The notes: generated by a model from the letters alone, not told the origin. Positions 29,890-40,535 are shown, numbered from the stretch's first letter. The stretch: DNA of 64,000 bases from Nannocystales bacterium (GCA_050633305.1 JBOEGF010000004.1:128001-192000), one strand, 5' to 3'. Made by a program: numbers and translations.

Positions 29890-30642
29890 ATGGGAATGGA
29901 CATGCGCTCCCTCGCTGACTCCCGCCGCCCCGCCATTCCCCTCGAACGACTCCCCGTTCCCGAGGTGATCGCGGTCGTCGAGCCGTTCACGGCGGCGCGG
30001 CCCGAGGAGGTCAATGTTCTCGCATCCGCGTCGGTCCGGATCCGAAAAACCTCAGGCACGGTTCTGCTCGAGGAAGGGGCGCCTGCCGAGGGGATCTACA
30101 TCGTCCTCCGTGGCCGCGTGAACTTGATCCGCGAAGGTGCCGGGCGTGACCTGATTCTCAGCTCGCTTGGGCCCGGTGATGTCATCGGTGAAGGCTGCGC
30201 GTTCGACGACACCCCCATGTCGACCTCCGCGGTGACAGCGACCCCCAGCGAGTTGCTGCACATCCCGGCGGACGTTGTCGCGGCGCATGTCGGTCGGCAT
30301 CCGGAGACCCTCGTCCGCCTGATGCGTCTCATGTCGACGAAGATCCGTGACATTGAGAACGTCGCCAGCAGCCTTGCGCTCCACGACGTCGAGGAGCGAC
30401 TGCGTCGCACGCTGGTCCGGCTGGCTCAGCGGCAGGGACGCCGCTCCCCGCAGAGCAGTGGGTGGATTCTGGCGCCCGTGCCCACCCAGTCGGAGCTGGC
30501 TCGGATGGTCGGGTCTTGCCGCGAGACGGTCTCGCGGACCCTCAGCGCGATGGCACGCAACGGTCTCGTGAGTTCCAGCGGTCGTCGGATGATCCTCGAC
30601 GAGCGGATGGTCAGCGGCGGTGCGGAGGCCTCGGCCGCCTGA
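29890..30642 (+). CDS. Crp/Fnr family transcriptional regulator
   Basis: cNMP-binding beta-roll (GRV...LGPGDVIGE) and HTH TQSELARMVGSCRETVSRTL. The start may be a later ATG (29902). Confidence 0.92.
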   Translation: MGMDMRSLADSRRPAIPLERLPVPEVIAVVEPFTAARPEEVNVLASASVRIRKTSGTVLLEEGAPAEGIYIVLRGRVNLIREGAGRDLILSSLGPGDVIGEGCAFDDTPMSTSAVTATPSELLHIPADVVAAHVGRHPETLVRLMRLMSTKIRDIENVASSLALHDVEERLRRTLVRLAQRQGRRSPQSSGWILAPVPTQSELARMVGSCRETVSRTLSAMARNGLVSSSGRRMILDERMVSGGAEASAA

Positions 30643-30688
30643 CCCAGGCCCGTTCCTCTCGGCGCACAACTGCGATCGATCGCGCAAG

Positions 30689-30724
30689 ACGAAGGTCTCC
30701 TCGGAAGTTCGAGGGGGCCTTCGT
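30689..30724 (+). terminator. Stem-loop downstream of the Crp/Fnr gene (possible terminator)
   Basis: ACGAAGGTCTCCTCG-GAAGTT-CGAGGGGGCCTTCGT forms a 15-bp stem with G-U pairs; the U tract is weak. Confidence 0.45.
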
Positions 30725-30765
30725 GCGTTTGTCAGCCTCAGGTGGCGAGGCGTATAAGAAAACCG

Positions 30766-31938
30766 ATGGGCGGAGCGGTACACCAAGACCTCAACAGGGC
30801 TCCGGCGACCGCTGGCGTCGAGGTGCGGCCGACGTTTGCACAGATCGACCTTTCCGCCCTGCAGCACAACTTGGCGGCAGTGCAGGCCCACGTCGGAAGT
30901 GCCCGTGTCCTCGCGGTGGTCAAGGCTGACGCCTACGGCCATGGCGCCGCTCGGGCCTCGGCAGCGTTCGTAGATGCGGGGGCTTGGGGGCTGGCGGTCA
31001 GCCTCGTTGAGGAAGGTGTCCAGCTGCGGGAAGCCGGGGTGCTCGCGCCGATCGTTGTTCTCGGCGGCGTCGCGCCCGGCTCCGCCGATGTCCTGGTGCA
31101 CCGACGCCTGACACCGGTGATCTGGTCTGTCGCGCAGCTGGAGCGCTTGAGCGAAGCGGTGTGTCGAACCGGCGCGCGTCCAGCACGGGTGCACGTGAAA
31201 ATCGACACCGGAATGACCCGGCTCGGTGTGCTGCCCGGCGAGCTCGCCCCGCTCCTGGATTGGTTCGCTCGCGACGAGGGCCGGACGGTCGTGTTCGAGG
31301 GGGTGATGACTCACCTCGCGTGTGCGGACGACCGCGTCGATGAACTCTCCTCCAAGCGCCAGTTGGGCATCTTCGAGGACTGTCTCTCGTCGATCTCGGC
31401 GGCCGGTTTCTCGCCTCCACTTCGGCATGCCTGCAACTCGGCGGGCTTGGTGCGATTCCCCAGCGCGCACTTCGACATGGTTCGGCCCGGGATTGCGCTG
31501 TATGGCTCGGCTTCGGCGCAGGATGTCCAGCTCGCGGGGCTGCGCGAGTCGATGAGCATGCGCAGCTCGGTGCTCGCGGTCCGAGAAGTACCCGCGGGGG
31601 TGCGTGTCTCGTATGGCGGGACCGTGCAGCTCGGGAGGCCGTCTCGTCTGGCCATCGTGCCGGTGGGGTATGCGGACGGGTACCCCCGCAACATGAGCGG
31701 GTCGGCGCAGATGCTTGTGCGTGGGCACCGATGCGACGTGGTCGGCAGCATCACGATGGACGTCACGATGCTCGATGTCACGGACCTTCCTGGCGTACGT
31801 GCGGGCGAAGCCGTGACGATGCTCGGGACGCAGGGGCTCGGCCGCATCGACTTGCACGAGATGGCCGGCTGGTCGGGTACGATCAGCTACGAGGTGACCT
31901 GCGGCGTTTCGAAACGCGTCCCTCGGCGTTACGCGTGA
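30766..31938 (+). CDS. alr: Alanine racemase
   Basis: AVVKADAYGHG, HVKIDTGMTRLG, MTHLACAD, RPGIALYG, GYADG and TISYE. Confidence 0.95.
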   Translation: MGGAVHQDLNRAPATAGVEVRPTFAQIDLSALQHNLAAVQAHVGSARVLAVVKADAYGHGAARASAAFVDAGAWGLAVSLVEEGVQLREAGVLAPIVVLGGVAPGSADVLVHRRLTPVIWSVAQLERLSEAVCRTGARPARVHVKIDTGMTRLGVLPGELAPLLDWFARDEGRTVVFEGVMTHLACADDRVDELSSKRQLGIFEDCLSSISAAGFSPPLRHACNSAGLVRFPSAHFDMVRPGIALYGSASAQDVQLAGLRESMSMRSSVLAVREVPAGVRVSYGGTVQLGRPSRLAIVPVGYADGYPRNMSGSAQMLVRGHRCDVVGSITMDVTMLDVTDLPGVRAGEAVTMLGTQGLGRIDLHEMAGWSGTISYEVTCGVSKRVPRRYA

Positions 31939-31964
31939 GTCAGCGCGAGCCGTGAACACGGCCC

Positions 31965-34900
31965 TTGCTGGAACAATTCCAAGGTAGGCTTGGTCGAGGC
32001 TCCGTGCGGTCGCGAAACCTGGCTCTGGGCGCTGTGGCACTCCTTCTACTGGGGGCGCTGGCGTGGTGGATCACGCGACCGGATGCTCCCGTCGAGTTGG
32101 GACCGGGCGCGGTGGGCAAGCCGGCAGCGGTCGAGAGCAGTGACAGGGCAGCTCGGAAAATGGCGCTGCGGGCCGATGCGGACGACACGGACCCCGTATC
32201 GGTGGTCGGGGTCGTCCGGGACCAGGATGCGGCCCCGGTCGCCGGAGCCGTCGTCCTCCTGACTCCGAAGAGTTTCGAGCAGAGCATGGGGCGAAGGGGC
32301 GAGCGCCCCGAGCCGGTCCACGTTCGAGCCGACGCAGGCGGTGGGTTTTCGATCGACGACGTTCCCGTCGGTCGGTACACGATCTCCGCGAGCGCAAAAG
32401 GATATCTCAGCGCCAGCCATCTGCGGGTGCGGGTCATCCCTGGCCGCGACCCAGCACCGGTCGAACTGAGACTCAGCGTCGGCGGCCATGTCTTGAGCGG
32501 TCGGGTCGAAGATGTCTCCGGCGGTCCGGTGGAGGGGGCGCTGGTGTCCGTCATTCGGTACGACGGACAGAATCTGATGCGGCAGACCGTTGCCCCCACG
32601 GCGGCGCTGAGTGACGACGACGGGGGCTTCGCGATGACGCTCCCGACCGGGACCTACACCGCGACCGTGACGCATTCGGACTACGTGCAGGTGCGGCGCG
32701 CGTTCGAGATCGCGGACGGGCCTCGCACGCTCCAAGTTCGGATGACGCCCGGCGCAGTCATCGAGGGCGTCGTGAAGGTCCGCGGAACCGACGCGCCGGT
32801 GACAGACGCGATCGTCATCGCGCAGGATCCCGGTGCGTCCGCCCAGGGGGGAATGTTCACGATTCGCGGGTTCGGAGAGCACAGGGTGGTGTCCGACAGC
32901 TCCGGGCACTTCCGCCTCGCGGGCCTCCCCTCGGGCGTCCTCCAGATCAACGCGGTGGCGAGCGAGCAGGCATCGGCCGAAGTCACGGAGGTCTCGGTGG
33001 GGATCGCAGAGACGATCAGCGACGTGGTGGTCTGGGTTGAGCCGGCGTTTTCGATCAGCGGGTTTGTGGTGCCACGGGGAAGCGAGGAGGACGACGGTAT
33101 CGAAGGCGTTTGGGTGGGGGCGCTGTCGATGCAGCCCCCAGGGTTGTACGTCGCACGGACACCGAGTGAGGCGGATGGGTTCTTCGAGATCCCCGGCGTC
33201 GAGCCTGGCAACTACCTCGTCTCGGCGCTGGGTGAGGACCACTTGCCGAACCTCACCGGGACCTCTGCGCAGGTCTCGGACGAGGATGTCACCGGCGTCT
33301 TGGTCGAACTCGACGAGGGCGTCACGATCTCCGGCCGCGTCGACCCTCCTGGACTTGCGACCGTTTCCCTGAGCGTCTCATCCGAGGGGATGGGCATCAG
33401 CGGCATGCTCGCGAGTGTTGGCAATGCCTTGGTTCGCACGCGGACCGACGCCGAGGGAAACTTCGAGTTGCGCCCCGTTGCACCGGGGTCTCTGGAGGTC
33501 ATCGCCAAAGCGGATGACGGATCCTACGGATCCCTGAAACTGGAGGTCGGAGACGAGGGAGAGCATGACGTGGTCGTTGAGCTCGAGCCCCGCGTGTCCA
33601 TGAAAGGCACGGTCGTGACCGCGGACGGCACGGCGGTGCGGGACGTCAAGGTTCGTGCGACGCGGATCGATGTTGATGCCGAGTCCGCCTCGTTCTCGTT
33701 CTCGGTCAACGACAGTCCCCTGTTCGGCAGTGGGGCACCGACGGGCGAGGATGGCGGGTTCACGATTCGGGGCCTGGAGCCGGGGGAGTACGAGGTCTCG
33801 GTCAGCCCCGGCAAGGGTCCGTCGCTGAAGTTCGACGACGGCGGCGCTGCCGGGGAACCGCGCGCGTTCACGGTTCCCGAGGATGGTCTCAGCGGCGTCC
33901 GCCTGGTGGTAGAGGCTCGCACTGGAGAGATCGCGGGCGTGGTGTTGGATGAAGACGGGGCCCCGGTCGCGGATGCGTGGGTCTCGGCGTCCATGGAGGG
34001 CGCTGGCAAGGCCTGGATGGGCGAGATGATGCGGGCCCGCAGACCTCGCAGAGGGCGGGAGGTCGAGGCGAAGTCCCAGGACGAGGACCGGAAGGCGTCT
34101 TCGCGAAATGGGCCTCTGTCCGCCATGGCGTCGGAGCCTCCGGTGCTGACGGACGCTTCGGGCCGCTTCCGCATCCGTGAACTCCGCGAAGGGAACTACC
34201 GGATCACAGCAGAGGCGGCCGGAGGAGGGATGCGGGTCTCCGAGGACGGCGTCGCGCTGGGCGGTGATGTGACACTGGAACTCGAAGCCCTCGCGGGCGT
34301 ACGCGGGCAACTGCGCGATGGAACCAAGCCGGTCCCCGCGTACAGGCTCTCGCTGAAGGGTCCGACCTCCCGCTCCAAGCGGATTCAAAACGACAAGGGC
34401 GAGTTCTCGTTGCAGGGATTGGATCCGGGGACGTACACCGTCGAAGCGCAGGCCGAATCTGGAACCGCCTCGGTCGAGGTCGAGGTCGAGCAGGGTGCAG
34501 TCGCCGACGTCGCGCTCGAGCTGGAGGCCTTCGGGACCCTGACCGGAACGGTTGTGAGTGCCACCGGAGAGCCCTTGAGTGGGTTGTTCGTGATGGCGCA
34601 ACCGAAGGATGGAACCCCCAACGTGGGCTCGGGCCTGCAGATGTTGATGGGCGGGGGTCCGCGGACGGACGGGCGCGGCAAGTTCGAGCTGTCTGGAGTG
34701 CCGTCCGGGACCGGGCAGCTGATGGTCGTCGACCCCGATGGTGGCGAAGGGGGCGGCGCCACCGCGAGCTACGAGGTCGATGCAGGCGAGTCCACGGACC
34801 TGGGCACCATTACGTCCGTCGCGGCCGGAGAGGTCCCGGTGGCGGAGCGCGGCACCCTCGGGTTCCGTACGACGGTGCGCGACTGGACGCATCGGCCTTT

Positions 34901-35210
34901 GGCACCGGAAGCGGACCCGGAGGATGCTGATGCGCCGGATGACCCCGAACGAGAGCGGCTGTGGGTTCGCGCCGTCTCCGAAGAGGGGTCAGCCGAGGCG
35001 GCGGGATTGAAGCCAGGCGACGAGATCATCGCGGTTCGCGATCAGGACGTCGCCAGCATGGGGGCCTCGAGTGCCGCCTCAATGCTCGGGCCCAGCCACT
35101 TCCGGGTCGGGGACACGGTCGCCCTGAGGGTCCTCCGCGAAGGATCGGAGCACCGCGTGAACATCACCGCGGCGAAGCGCGACCTCAGAGGACTGATGCC
35201 CGGCCGTTGA
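31965..35210 (+). CDS. Carboxypeptidase regulatory-like repeat protein with a C-terminal PDZ domain
   Basis: N-terminal TM, repeated G.V.D..G.PV..A.V / TD..G.F....L..G.Y units, and a terminal AEAAGLKPGDEI PDZ motif. Confidence 0.85.
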   Translation: MLEQFQGRLGRGSVRSRNLALGAVALLLLGALAWWITRPDAPVELGPGAVGKPAAVESSDRAARKMALRADADDTDPVSVVGVVRDQDAAPVAGAVVLLTPKSFEQSMGRRGERPEPVHVRADAGGGFSIDDVPVGRYTISASAKGYLSASHLRVRVIPGRDPAPVELRLSVGGHVLSGRVEDVSGGPVEGALVSVIRYDGQNLMRQTVAPTAALSDDDGGFAMTLPTGTYTATVTHSDYVQVRRAFEIADGPRTLQVRMTPGAVIEGVVKVRGTDAPVTDAIVIAQDPGASAQGGMFTIRGFGEHRVVSDSSGHFRLAGLPSGVLQINAVASEQASAEVTEVSVGIAETISDVVVWVEPAFSISGFVVPRGSEEDDGIEGVWVGALSMQPPGLYVARTPSEADGFFEIPGVEPGNYLVSALGEDHLPNLTGTSAQVSDEDVTGVLVELDEGVTISGRVDPPGLATVSLSVSSEGMGISGMLASVGNALVRTRTDAEGNFELRPVAPGSLEVIAKADDGSYGSLKLEVGDEGEHDVVVELEPRVSMKGTVVTADGTAVRDVKVRATRIDVDAESASFSFSVNDSPLFGSGAPTGEDGGFTIRGLEPGEYEVSVSPGKGPSLKFDDGGAAGEPRAFTVPEDGLSGVRLVVEARTGEIAGVVLDEDGAPVADAWVSASMEGAGKAWMGEMMRARRPRRGREVEAKSQDEDRKASSRNGPLSAMASEPPVLTDASGRFRIRELREGNYRITAEAAGGGMRVSEDGVALGGDVTLELEALAGVRGQLRDGTKPVPAYRLSLKGPTSRSKRIQNDKGEFSLQGLDPGTYTVEAQAESGTASVEVEVEQGAVADVALELEAFGTLTGTVVSATGEPLSGLFVMAQPKDGTPNVGSGLQMLMGGGPRTDGRGKFELSGVPSGTGQLMVVDPDGGEGGGATASYEVDAGESTDLGTITSVAAGEVPVAERGTLGFRTTVRDWTHRPLAPEADPEDADAPDDPERERLWVRAVSEEGSAEAAGLKPGDEIIAVRDQDVASMGASSAASMLGPSHFRVGDTVALRVLREGSEHRVNITAAKRDLRGLMPGR

Positions 35211-35219
35211 TTCCGAGGC

Positions 35220-36281
35220 TCAACGGAGGCCCGCTCGACGCAACAGCGCACCCGCAACTCGACGGGCGACGGTCTCGACCCGTTCGCGACGTCGGGGTTC
35301 GGCGTCGGCGTCGAGGGCGAGTCCGCCGAACGTCCACGTGATGGTGTTCCGCTCGTCGTCGGTGAGCTGGAGCGACGACGAGCGTACGAGCGAATGAGCT
35401 TGGCTCGGCCGACTGATGCCCACGACCAGCGCATCGACGCCGGGCTGGTGAAGAAGCCACGCCAAGACCACCTCGGCGACGCTGTGTCCCGTTCTCCTTG
35501 CGACCGGCGCGACGCAGGCCTCGAGGGCCCGATCGATGCGGGCGGCGTTGGCATGGATGAAGGCAGGGCGTCTTCGTCGGGGGTCGTGCGGGTGGAGGCG
35601 GTTGCGGAGCGCGGCGCCGCCTACGAGTGCGCCGCGGTGCAGCGGGGAGTAGATGAGTGTACCGATGCCGCGTCGCACGGCCGCGTCGACGGCGAGCCGC
35701 CCAGCGGGAACCAGCAGGCTGTACTCGACCTGGTGGCTCGCCAAGGGGGTGCTCCCAAGGGCTCGCTGAGCCTCATCCAACTGTTCGGGGGAGAAGTTGC
35801 TGACCCCGATCTCCCCGACCTTGCCTTCGGAACGAAGCCGCAGCAGCTCGCCCATCGTCTCCGCGATCGGGGTGTGGATGTCGGGGTGGTGCACCTGGCA
35901 CAGGTCCAACCGTGCGCGCCGTAGACGGACGAGGCTCTCCTCCACGTCGCGCCGGATCGAGGCGGGGCGGCTGTCCTTGCGAGCGACGATGTCTCGCCCG
36001 CCGATCCGGGTTCGCAGCATGACCTCGCCATGCTGGTCGTCGTCCCACCGGATGCCGACCTTGCCCATGACGGTCGCGTCCCGACCCGCGATCGCCTCCC
36101 CGAGGAAGCTCTCGGTGCGGCCGAAGTGATACAGCGGGGCTGTATCGATGGTGCTCAGCCCGGCGTCCAGGGCGGCGCGGACCGTCGCCATCTGTTGCGC
36201 GCCATTGCGATGGGTTCCGTAGGCCATCGTACCCAGGACGATCCTCGGCACGACCAGGGTCGCGAACCCTCGCGTCTGCAT
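35220..36281 (-). CDS. Aldo/keto reductase
   Basis: LGTM, IDTAPLY, SLVRL..DL.QVHHPD, GKV..IGVSNF, QVEYSL and YSPL. Confidence 0.9.
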   Translation of the reverse strand: MQTRGFATLVVPRIVLGTMAYGTHRNGAQQMATVRAALDAGLSTIDTAPLYHFGRTESFLGEAIAGRDATVMGKVGIRWDDDQHGEVMLRTRIGGRDIVARKDSRPASIRRDVEESLVRLRRARLDLCQVHHPDIHTPIAETMGELLRLRSEGKVGEIGVSNFSPEQLDEAQRALGSTPLASHQVEYSLLVPAGRLAVDAAVRRGIGTLIYSPLHRGALVGGAALRNRLHPHDPRRRRPAFIHANAARIDRALEACVAPVARRTGHSVAEVVLAWLLHQPGVDALVVGISRPSQAHSLVRSSSLQLTDDERNTITWTFGGLALDADAEPRRRERVETVARRVAGALLRRAGLR

Positions 36282-37225
36282 CAGGGCTGCGCCGCGGAGG
36301 TGTCCATGCACGGCGTGGTTCCGACGTAGTCGGCGTCGCATGGGTCGTCGATGTCTTGGACGTCGGTCGTGCCCTGATCGCCCGAGTCGGTGCGGTTCCA
36401 CGTCCCGTAGATCTCCTGCACCGCGGTGCCGCGGACCGGGTCGAAGTCACGGAGCTCGGTGCGGGTCTGCAGTGGGACCCCCTTGTCGGTGAGCGCGACG
36501 GCCGTCTCCCCCTCCACCTGACGTCGGCGCGGGCCACTGGCGGTGCTCACCTCGATCGCGGAGACGAATCGGACCTCCAGGTTTGCGGTGACGGGGCCGG
36601 ACTTGCCTTGACGGGACAGCCCGTCGAGGCGCGTCTCGTTGTGGTGCAGACCTGGCACGTTGGCCGAGTCGACCCACGTACGGTCTTTCTTGATGGGCCC
36701 CGTGGGGAGTTCGATGAAGGCCAAAGTCGCGGCTCGACCCAGGGTGTCGAGCAGCCCCTCGAGCTCGACCGGAGTGCGCTGCGCCCCCGCGGGCAGGGAG
36801 AGGATCTTCCCCCGGGCGGAGACGGTGAAGCGCATCTCGGTCTCTTTGAGGGTGGTCGCGGCCAACTTGGCGAACGCCTCCGTCGAGAGTCCCGTCTCGG
36901 GGGGGACGCTCCAGTCCAGGTCGACGCTGCGGAAGGTGGCCCGGATGATTCGAGAGCCGTCGGCCTCGGCCTTGACGACAAACAGCCGCGCGTCGCACTC
37001 CACACTCTGGGTCAGAGGGTCGGAGAGCCCCTCGACGCTGCGCGTCGTCCCGATCCGTAGGTGGCCGTCGAGACTGGTCCCAACGTCGAGAGCGTAGTGA
37101 AGCTTGGCCCCTGCCTTGGGAGCGCGGACGTTGCGTTCTCGGTCCGCGCCGCAGCCCGCGGTGACGCACAGCGCCAAGCACCCGAGCGCACCCGCAAGAG
37201 CCAGCCGTCGAAAGGGGGATCGCAT
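36281..37225 (-). CDS. Hypothetical lipoprotein
   Basis: TAG-C lipobox; beta-rich body; 1-nt overlap with the AKR gene. Confidence 0.65.
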   Translation of the reverse strand: MRSPFRRLALAGALGCLALCVTAGCGADRERNVRAPKAGAKLHYALDVGTSLDGHLRIGTTRSVEGLSDPLTQSVECDARLFVVKAEADGSRIIRATFRSVDLDWSVPPETGLSTEAFAKLAATTLKETEMRFTVSARGKILSLPAGAQRTPVELEGLLDTLGRAATLAFIELPTGPIKKDRTWVDSANVPGLHHNETRLDGLSRQGKSGPVTANLEVRFVSAIEVSTASGPRRRQVEGETAVALTDKGVPLQTRTELRDFDPVRGTAVQEIYGTWNRTDSGDQGTTDVQDIDDPCDADYVGTTPCMDTSAAQP

Positions 37226-37293
37226 GTCCGCGGAGCGTACGCGCGCCATCATGGCTGCTGCAAGCGCCGCGTCGTGGATCGGGTGACGCGTCG

Positions 37294-38793
37294 CTACAGC
37301 GGGGCAGGCTTGGATTCGATGCGCGTGGCGGGGCCGCCCGAAGACGGGAGAAACTCGCCTGCTCCGATGTCTGGGCCTGCTGCGGCGGTCGCGTTCTCTC
37401 GGCGACGCTGTGCCGCATCGCTCTTCTTCCGCTCCGCGGTGCGATCCGGGGGCCCCCAGGGTCGCTGCTGCGTGAACTGCAGCCCCGGTTCCTTGTTGCT
37501 GTCGCGAACGTGCACGATCGGGCTCTTGTGCAGATCGTCGGGGAGGAATCCCGTCCAGCCTACGGGGAGCGTCGGACCGATCCACTCGAACACCCAGCGC
37601 GCATCCAAGGGCGCCAGGTTCACGCATCCGTGGCTCTTGCGGTTGCCGAAGCGGTCGTGCCAGTAGGCGCCGTGCAGCGCGATGTGGCCCTGGAACAGCA
37701 CGACCCAAGGGACACCTTGAACCAGGTAGGGGTTGTCCTCGTAGTCCTGGTTGGCCATGTCCATGGAGGCGACCTTGGCCCAGACCGGGTAGTTGCCCAG
37801 CGGCGTGGGGCTGCCCCGACCGCTGCTCACCAGGGTTGCAAACTGTGCTTCGCCGCCGCGATAGGTGACCAGCACCTGCTCACCGACGTCCACGTCGACC
37901 CACTGGTCATTGCCGGTCTCGCCGCGCCGAAAGTCGGTCACCACGCCATCCGGTGGCGCGATGATCGTCACTTCGTTGAGATCGGCCTGATCGACCCATT
38001 GCGCCTCTCCGATCCGCCGATACTCGCCTTGCGACTCGAGGATCGGGACCCGGTCGCGCAGCGCGAGTGTGGCGACCGCGGGGTTCTCTGATGCAGGCGC
38101 GTCCCACACCTTGGCCTTCTTCTTGCGGACCCAGCCGAACAGGGGTCCGGGCTCGGCGTTGTGGAGCCGGACGCCTTGCCACTGCGAGCCTTGGCCCATC
38201 CACCCCACGTCGGATTTGCTGACGATGAGTCCATTCTTGGTGGTGACGTAGCGGACGCCGTCGATCTCCGTCGCTCCGGTGACCACCAGGGACATCCCCT
38301 TGGTCAGCGACCGCTTCTCCACGCCCAGGCGCACATCATCTTCGGACCCGTACGCGGGCGTGCCATCGGTCCGCACCAGCGCGTAGGCGTGCGGGAGCCG
38401 CTTACCAGGACCCAACGGGAGGGCGGCGCCAACTTCGGGCGGGGTCTTGGCCTTGGTGAAATGATTGCTGCACACAAAGCCCAGCGGCCACACCGCGTAC
38501 CAGGTCTTGCCCTTGCAACCCGCCTTGTCTCGGCTCTCGACCTCGCCGCGCACGACCAGCCGCGTGCCCTTTCCGATCGTCGCCAGGCGCTTGTTCGGGA
38601 CCCACGGGCGCCCACGAATGACGGTATCCTGGTACCGAGCCGAGATGTACGCAACCTCAGACGGCTCGATCTGGATGGTCGCGACCTCTGCCGCGGTGGC
38701 CTCCGACAGCTGGGAGGGATCCAGCGTCGGGTCCAGGGCGCTCAAGGCAGTCGCGCACTTGAGCATCATCAGGGGGGCCAGCACGCTCACCAT
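37294..38793 (-). CDS. L,D-transpeptidase (YkuD family)
   Basis: VSSG..TP.G and ALHGAYWHDRFGNRKSHGCVNL. Confidence 0.9.
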   Translation of the reverse strand: MVSVLAPLMMLKCATALSALDPTLDPSQLSEATAAEVATIQIEPSEVAYISARYQDTVIRGRPWVPNKRLATIGKGTRLVVRGEVESRDKAGCKGKTWYAVWPLGFVCSNHFTKAKTPPEVGAALPLGPGKRLPHAYALVRTDGTPAYGSEDDVRLGVEKRSLTKGMSLVVTGATEIDGVRYVTTKNGLIVSKSDVGWMGQGSQWQGVRLHNAEPGPLFGWVRKKKAKVWDAPASENPAVATLALRDRVPILESQGEYRRIGEAQWVDQADLNEVTIIAPPDGVVTDFRRGETGNDQWVDVDVGEQVLVTYRGGEAQFATLVSSGRGSPTPLGNYPVWAKVASMDMANQDYEDNPYLVQGVPWVVLFQGHIALHGAYWHDRFGNRKSHGCVNLAPLDARWVFEWIGPTLPVGWTGFLPDDLHKSPIVHVRDSNKEPGLQFTQQRPWGPPDRTAERKKSDAAQRRRENATAAAGPDIGAGEFLPSSGGPATRIESKPAPL

Positions 38794-38850
38794 CGTCACG
38801 CTACCATCGGGTCCTTGGTTCCGCCCAACCATACGCACGGACGCGGTGCG

Positions 38851-40476
38851 GTGTTCCGGCGTCGCCTCATTCGTCTCCTCGTGCTTCTGGCGGTTTGTGC
38901 GCCGTGGTTCAACATCGTGCGAGACAACGCGGACTCCGCGGGGATGCTGGCGCACCTGCATGGTGCATTCGTCGACGCTGACTTGCTCTACGACAACGAG
39001 ATGAACGCGCTGCGGCTGACGCCCACGTTTGCGTTCGTGACCGGCGAAGGCGTCGTGTCCAACCATTGGCCGGCAGGGGCGACGTGGCTTCAGGCGCCGG
39101 GATACGGGCTTGGGCTGGTGGCGGGGCGTGCCTTGGTGTCCACCGGTCTACGCTTCAACCCGTACGGTGCGGTTCCATTGCTCGCCGTGCGAACACTGGC
39201 CATGCTGGTCCTGGTCGGTCTGGCGCGGCTGCTGGCTCGGGTCTACACGGAGGCAGCGGGGACGGCTCGCGCCGGTGCGATCGCGCAACTGGCATGGGTC
39301 GCCGGGACGCCGTTGCTCTACTACGCGAGTGAAGCCCCTCTGCGCCCGCATGTTTGGGGATTCGGCGCGATGCTGGTCTTCATCCTGGCGTGGAGGAATC
39401 GAGGCTGGGGGACGCCGATGTCGCGCGTGGTTGTGCTGGGCGCGCTGCTGGGGCTCGCCACGGGGATCCGGCCTCAACTTGCTCCGCTGTGGCTGTTGGT
39501 CGCCGAGGATGCTTGGCATGGAGGTTCATCTCGAGACCGCTTGCGGCGGCTTGGCGCAGGCGCAGTGGCGGCAGCGGCCTGGCCGCTGCTGCACCTCCGA
39601 CTCCAGCTGTGGATGTATGGCGCGGACCTCGGGGGGTATGCGTCGCAGACGACGCACCACCTCCGTGCGTTTCTGTTTTCGCCCTACCACGGGGTCTTGA
39701 CCTGGTCGCCAGTGGTCCTGCTCGGCATCGTCGCGCTGGTGTGGGGGGTGGCTCGCCGAGAGCGTGCGGCCTGGTTGTTGCTCGGCTTGTTCGCTCACCA
39801 GGTCTGGCTGGACTGCGGCATGCGGGATATCGGCCCCTACGCCGTGTTGGGAACTCGGACGTGGTCGGGCGGCACGAGCTTTGGGGCGCGCAAGCTTCTC
39901 GACGCGTTGCCGCTGCTCCTGCCCGGCACCCTCGGGATCGTGGCGTGGGCCCGGGTGCGGGGCCGACTGCGGCTGCTCGCCGCCCTCACGCTTGCGCTGG
40001 TTGTCCCCGCGGTCGCGTTGCTCGCGGCGAGCTTCGTCGATCCCAACACGACCGGCGCGTTGCTGGACTGGCGCGGTTACGCCGTCGTTCTCGAACGACC
40101 GTTGTCGACATCCGCCTGGGGAGATGCCGCGCTGGCCCGCGCGCTGCCGCTCAAGGTTTGGGCCGTTCTCGTGGCTGTGGTGGCGTTGCCGCTGTGTCTC
40201 GCGGCCACTCGAACCGCGGACGGTATCGCGAAGGTGAGTGCCTCGGCTCGGGTCGGCCTGGCAGGGGTGCTGTTGATGGGCGGTGCCGTCCTGGCCCACT
40301 TGAGTCTGACGGTGTTGATGGTCCGCAGCGATATGGCGCTCGCCGACGACCCGCAGCGAATGGCGGTGGCGCGCGCCCGTCTGCACAGCGCTCACGAGGC
40401 CGCCGTGGCTCGGATCCCAGCCCGGCACGCGACACTCCGGGCCCTGCTTGGGGACCACGCAGCACCGCCGCCCTAG
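38851..40476 (+). CDS. Polytopic membrane protein, GT-C-fold glycosyltransferase-like
   Basis: Many TM helices; D..G..AHL...DADL, NHWP.G, TPLLYY, RPQ, LFSPYHG...WSP and W.GG.SFGARK. Confidence 0.65.
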   Translation: MFRRRLIRLLVLLAVCAPWFNIVRDNADSAGMLAHLHGAFVDADLLYDNEMNALRLTPTFAFVTGEGVVSNHWPAGATWLQAPGYGLGLVAGRALVSTGLRFNPYGAVPLLAVRTLAMLVLVGLARLLARVYTEAAGTARAGAIAQLAWVAGTPLLYYASEAPLRPHVWGFGAMLVFILAWRNRGWGTPMSRVVVLGALLGLATGIRPQLAPLWLLVAEDAWHGGSSRDRLRRLGAGAVAAAAWPLLHLRLQLWMYGADLGGYASQTTHHLRAFLFSPYHGVLTWSPVVLLGIVALVWGVARRERAAWLLLGLFAHQVWLDCGMRDIGPYAVLGTRTWSGGTSFGARKLLDALPLLLPGTLGIVAWARVRGRLRLLAALTLALVVPAVALLAASFVDPNTTGALLDWRGYAVVLERPLSTSAWGDAALARALPLKVWAVLVAVVALPLCLAATRTADGIAKVSASARVGLAGVLLMGGAVLAHLSLTVLMVRSDMALADDPQRMAVARARLHSAHEAAVARIPARHATLRALLGDHAAPPP

Positions 40477-40535
40477 CGGCCAGCCAATCCGTCATAAACA
40501 ACGGACGGCTCGCTCGGGACACGTGTGGCTCGTGC

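Noticed and set aside
29890..30642. Naming the Crp/Fnr gene mrpC
   Set aside because: Only family-level similarity; orthology cannot be established by eye.
30052..32040. Long antisense or alternative-frame ORFs (also 9783-11348, 39354-41102, 42025-43743, 48382-50097, 55623-57470)
   Set aside because: Shadow ORFs typical of high-GC DNA; they overlap well-supported genes and carry no motifs.
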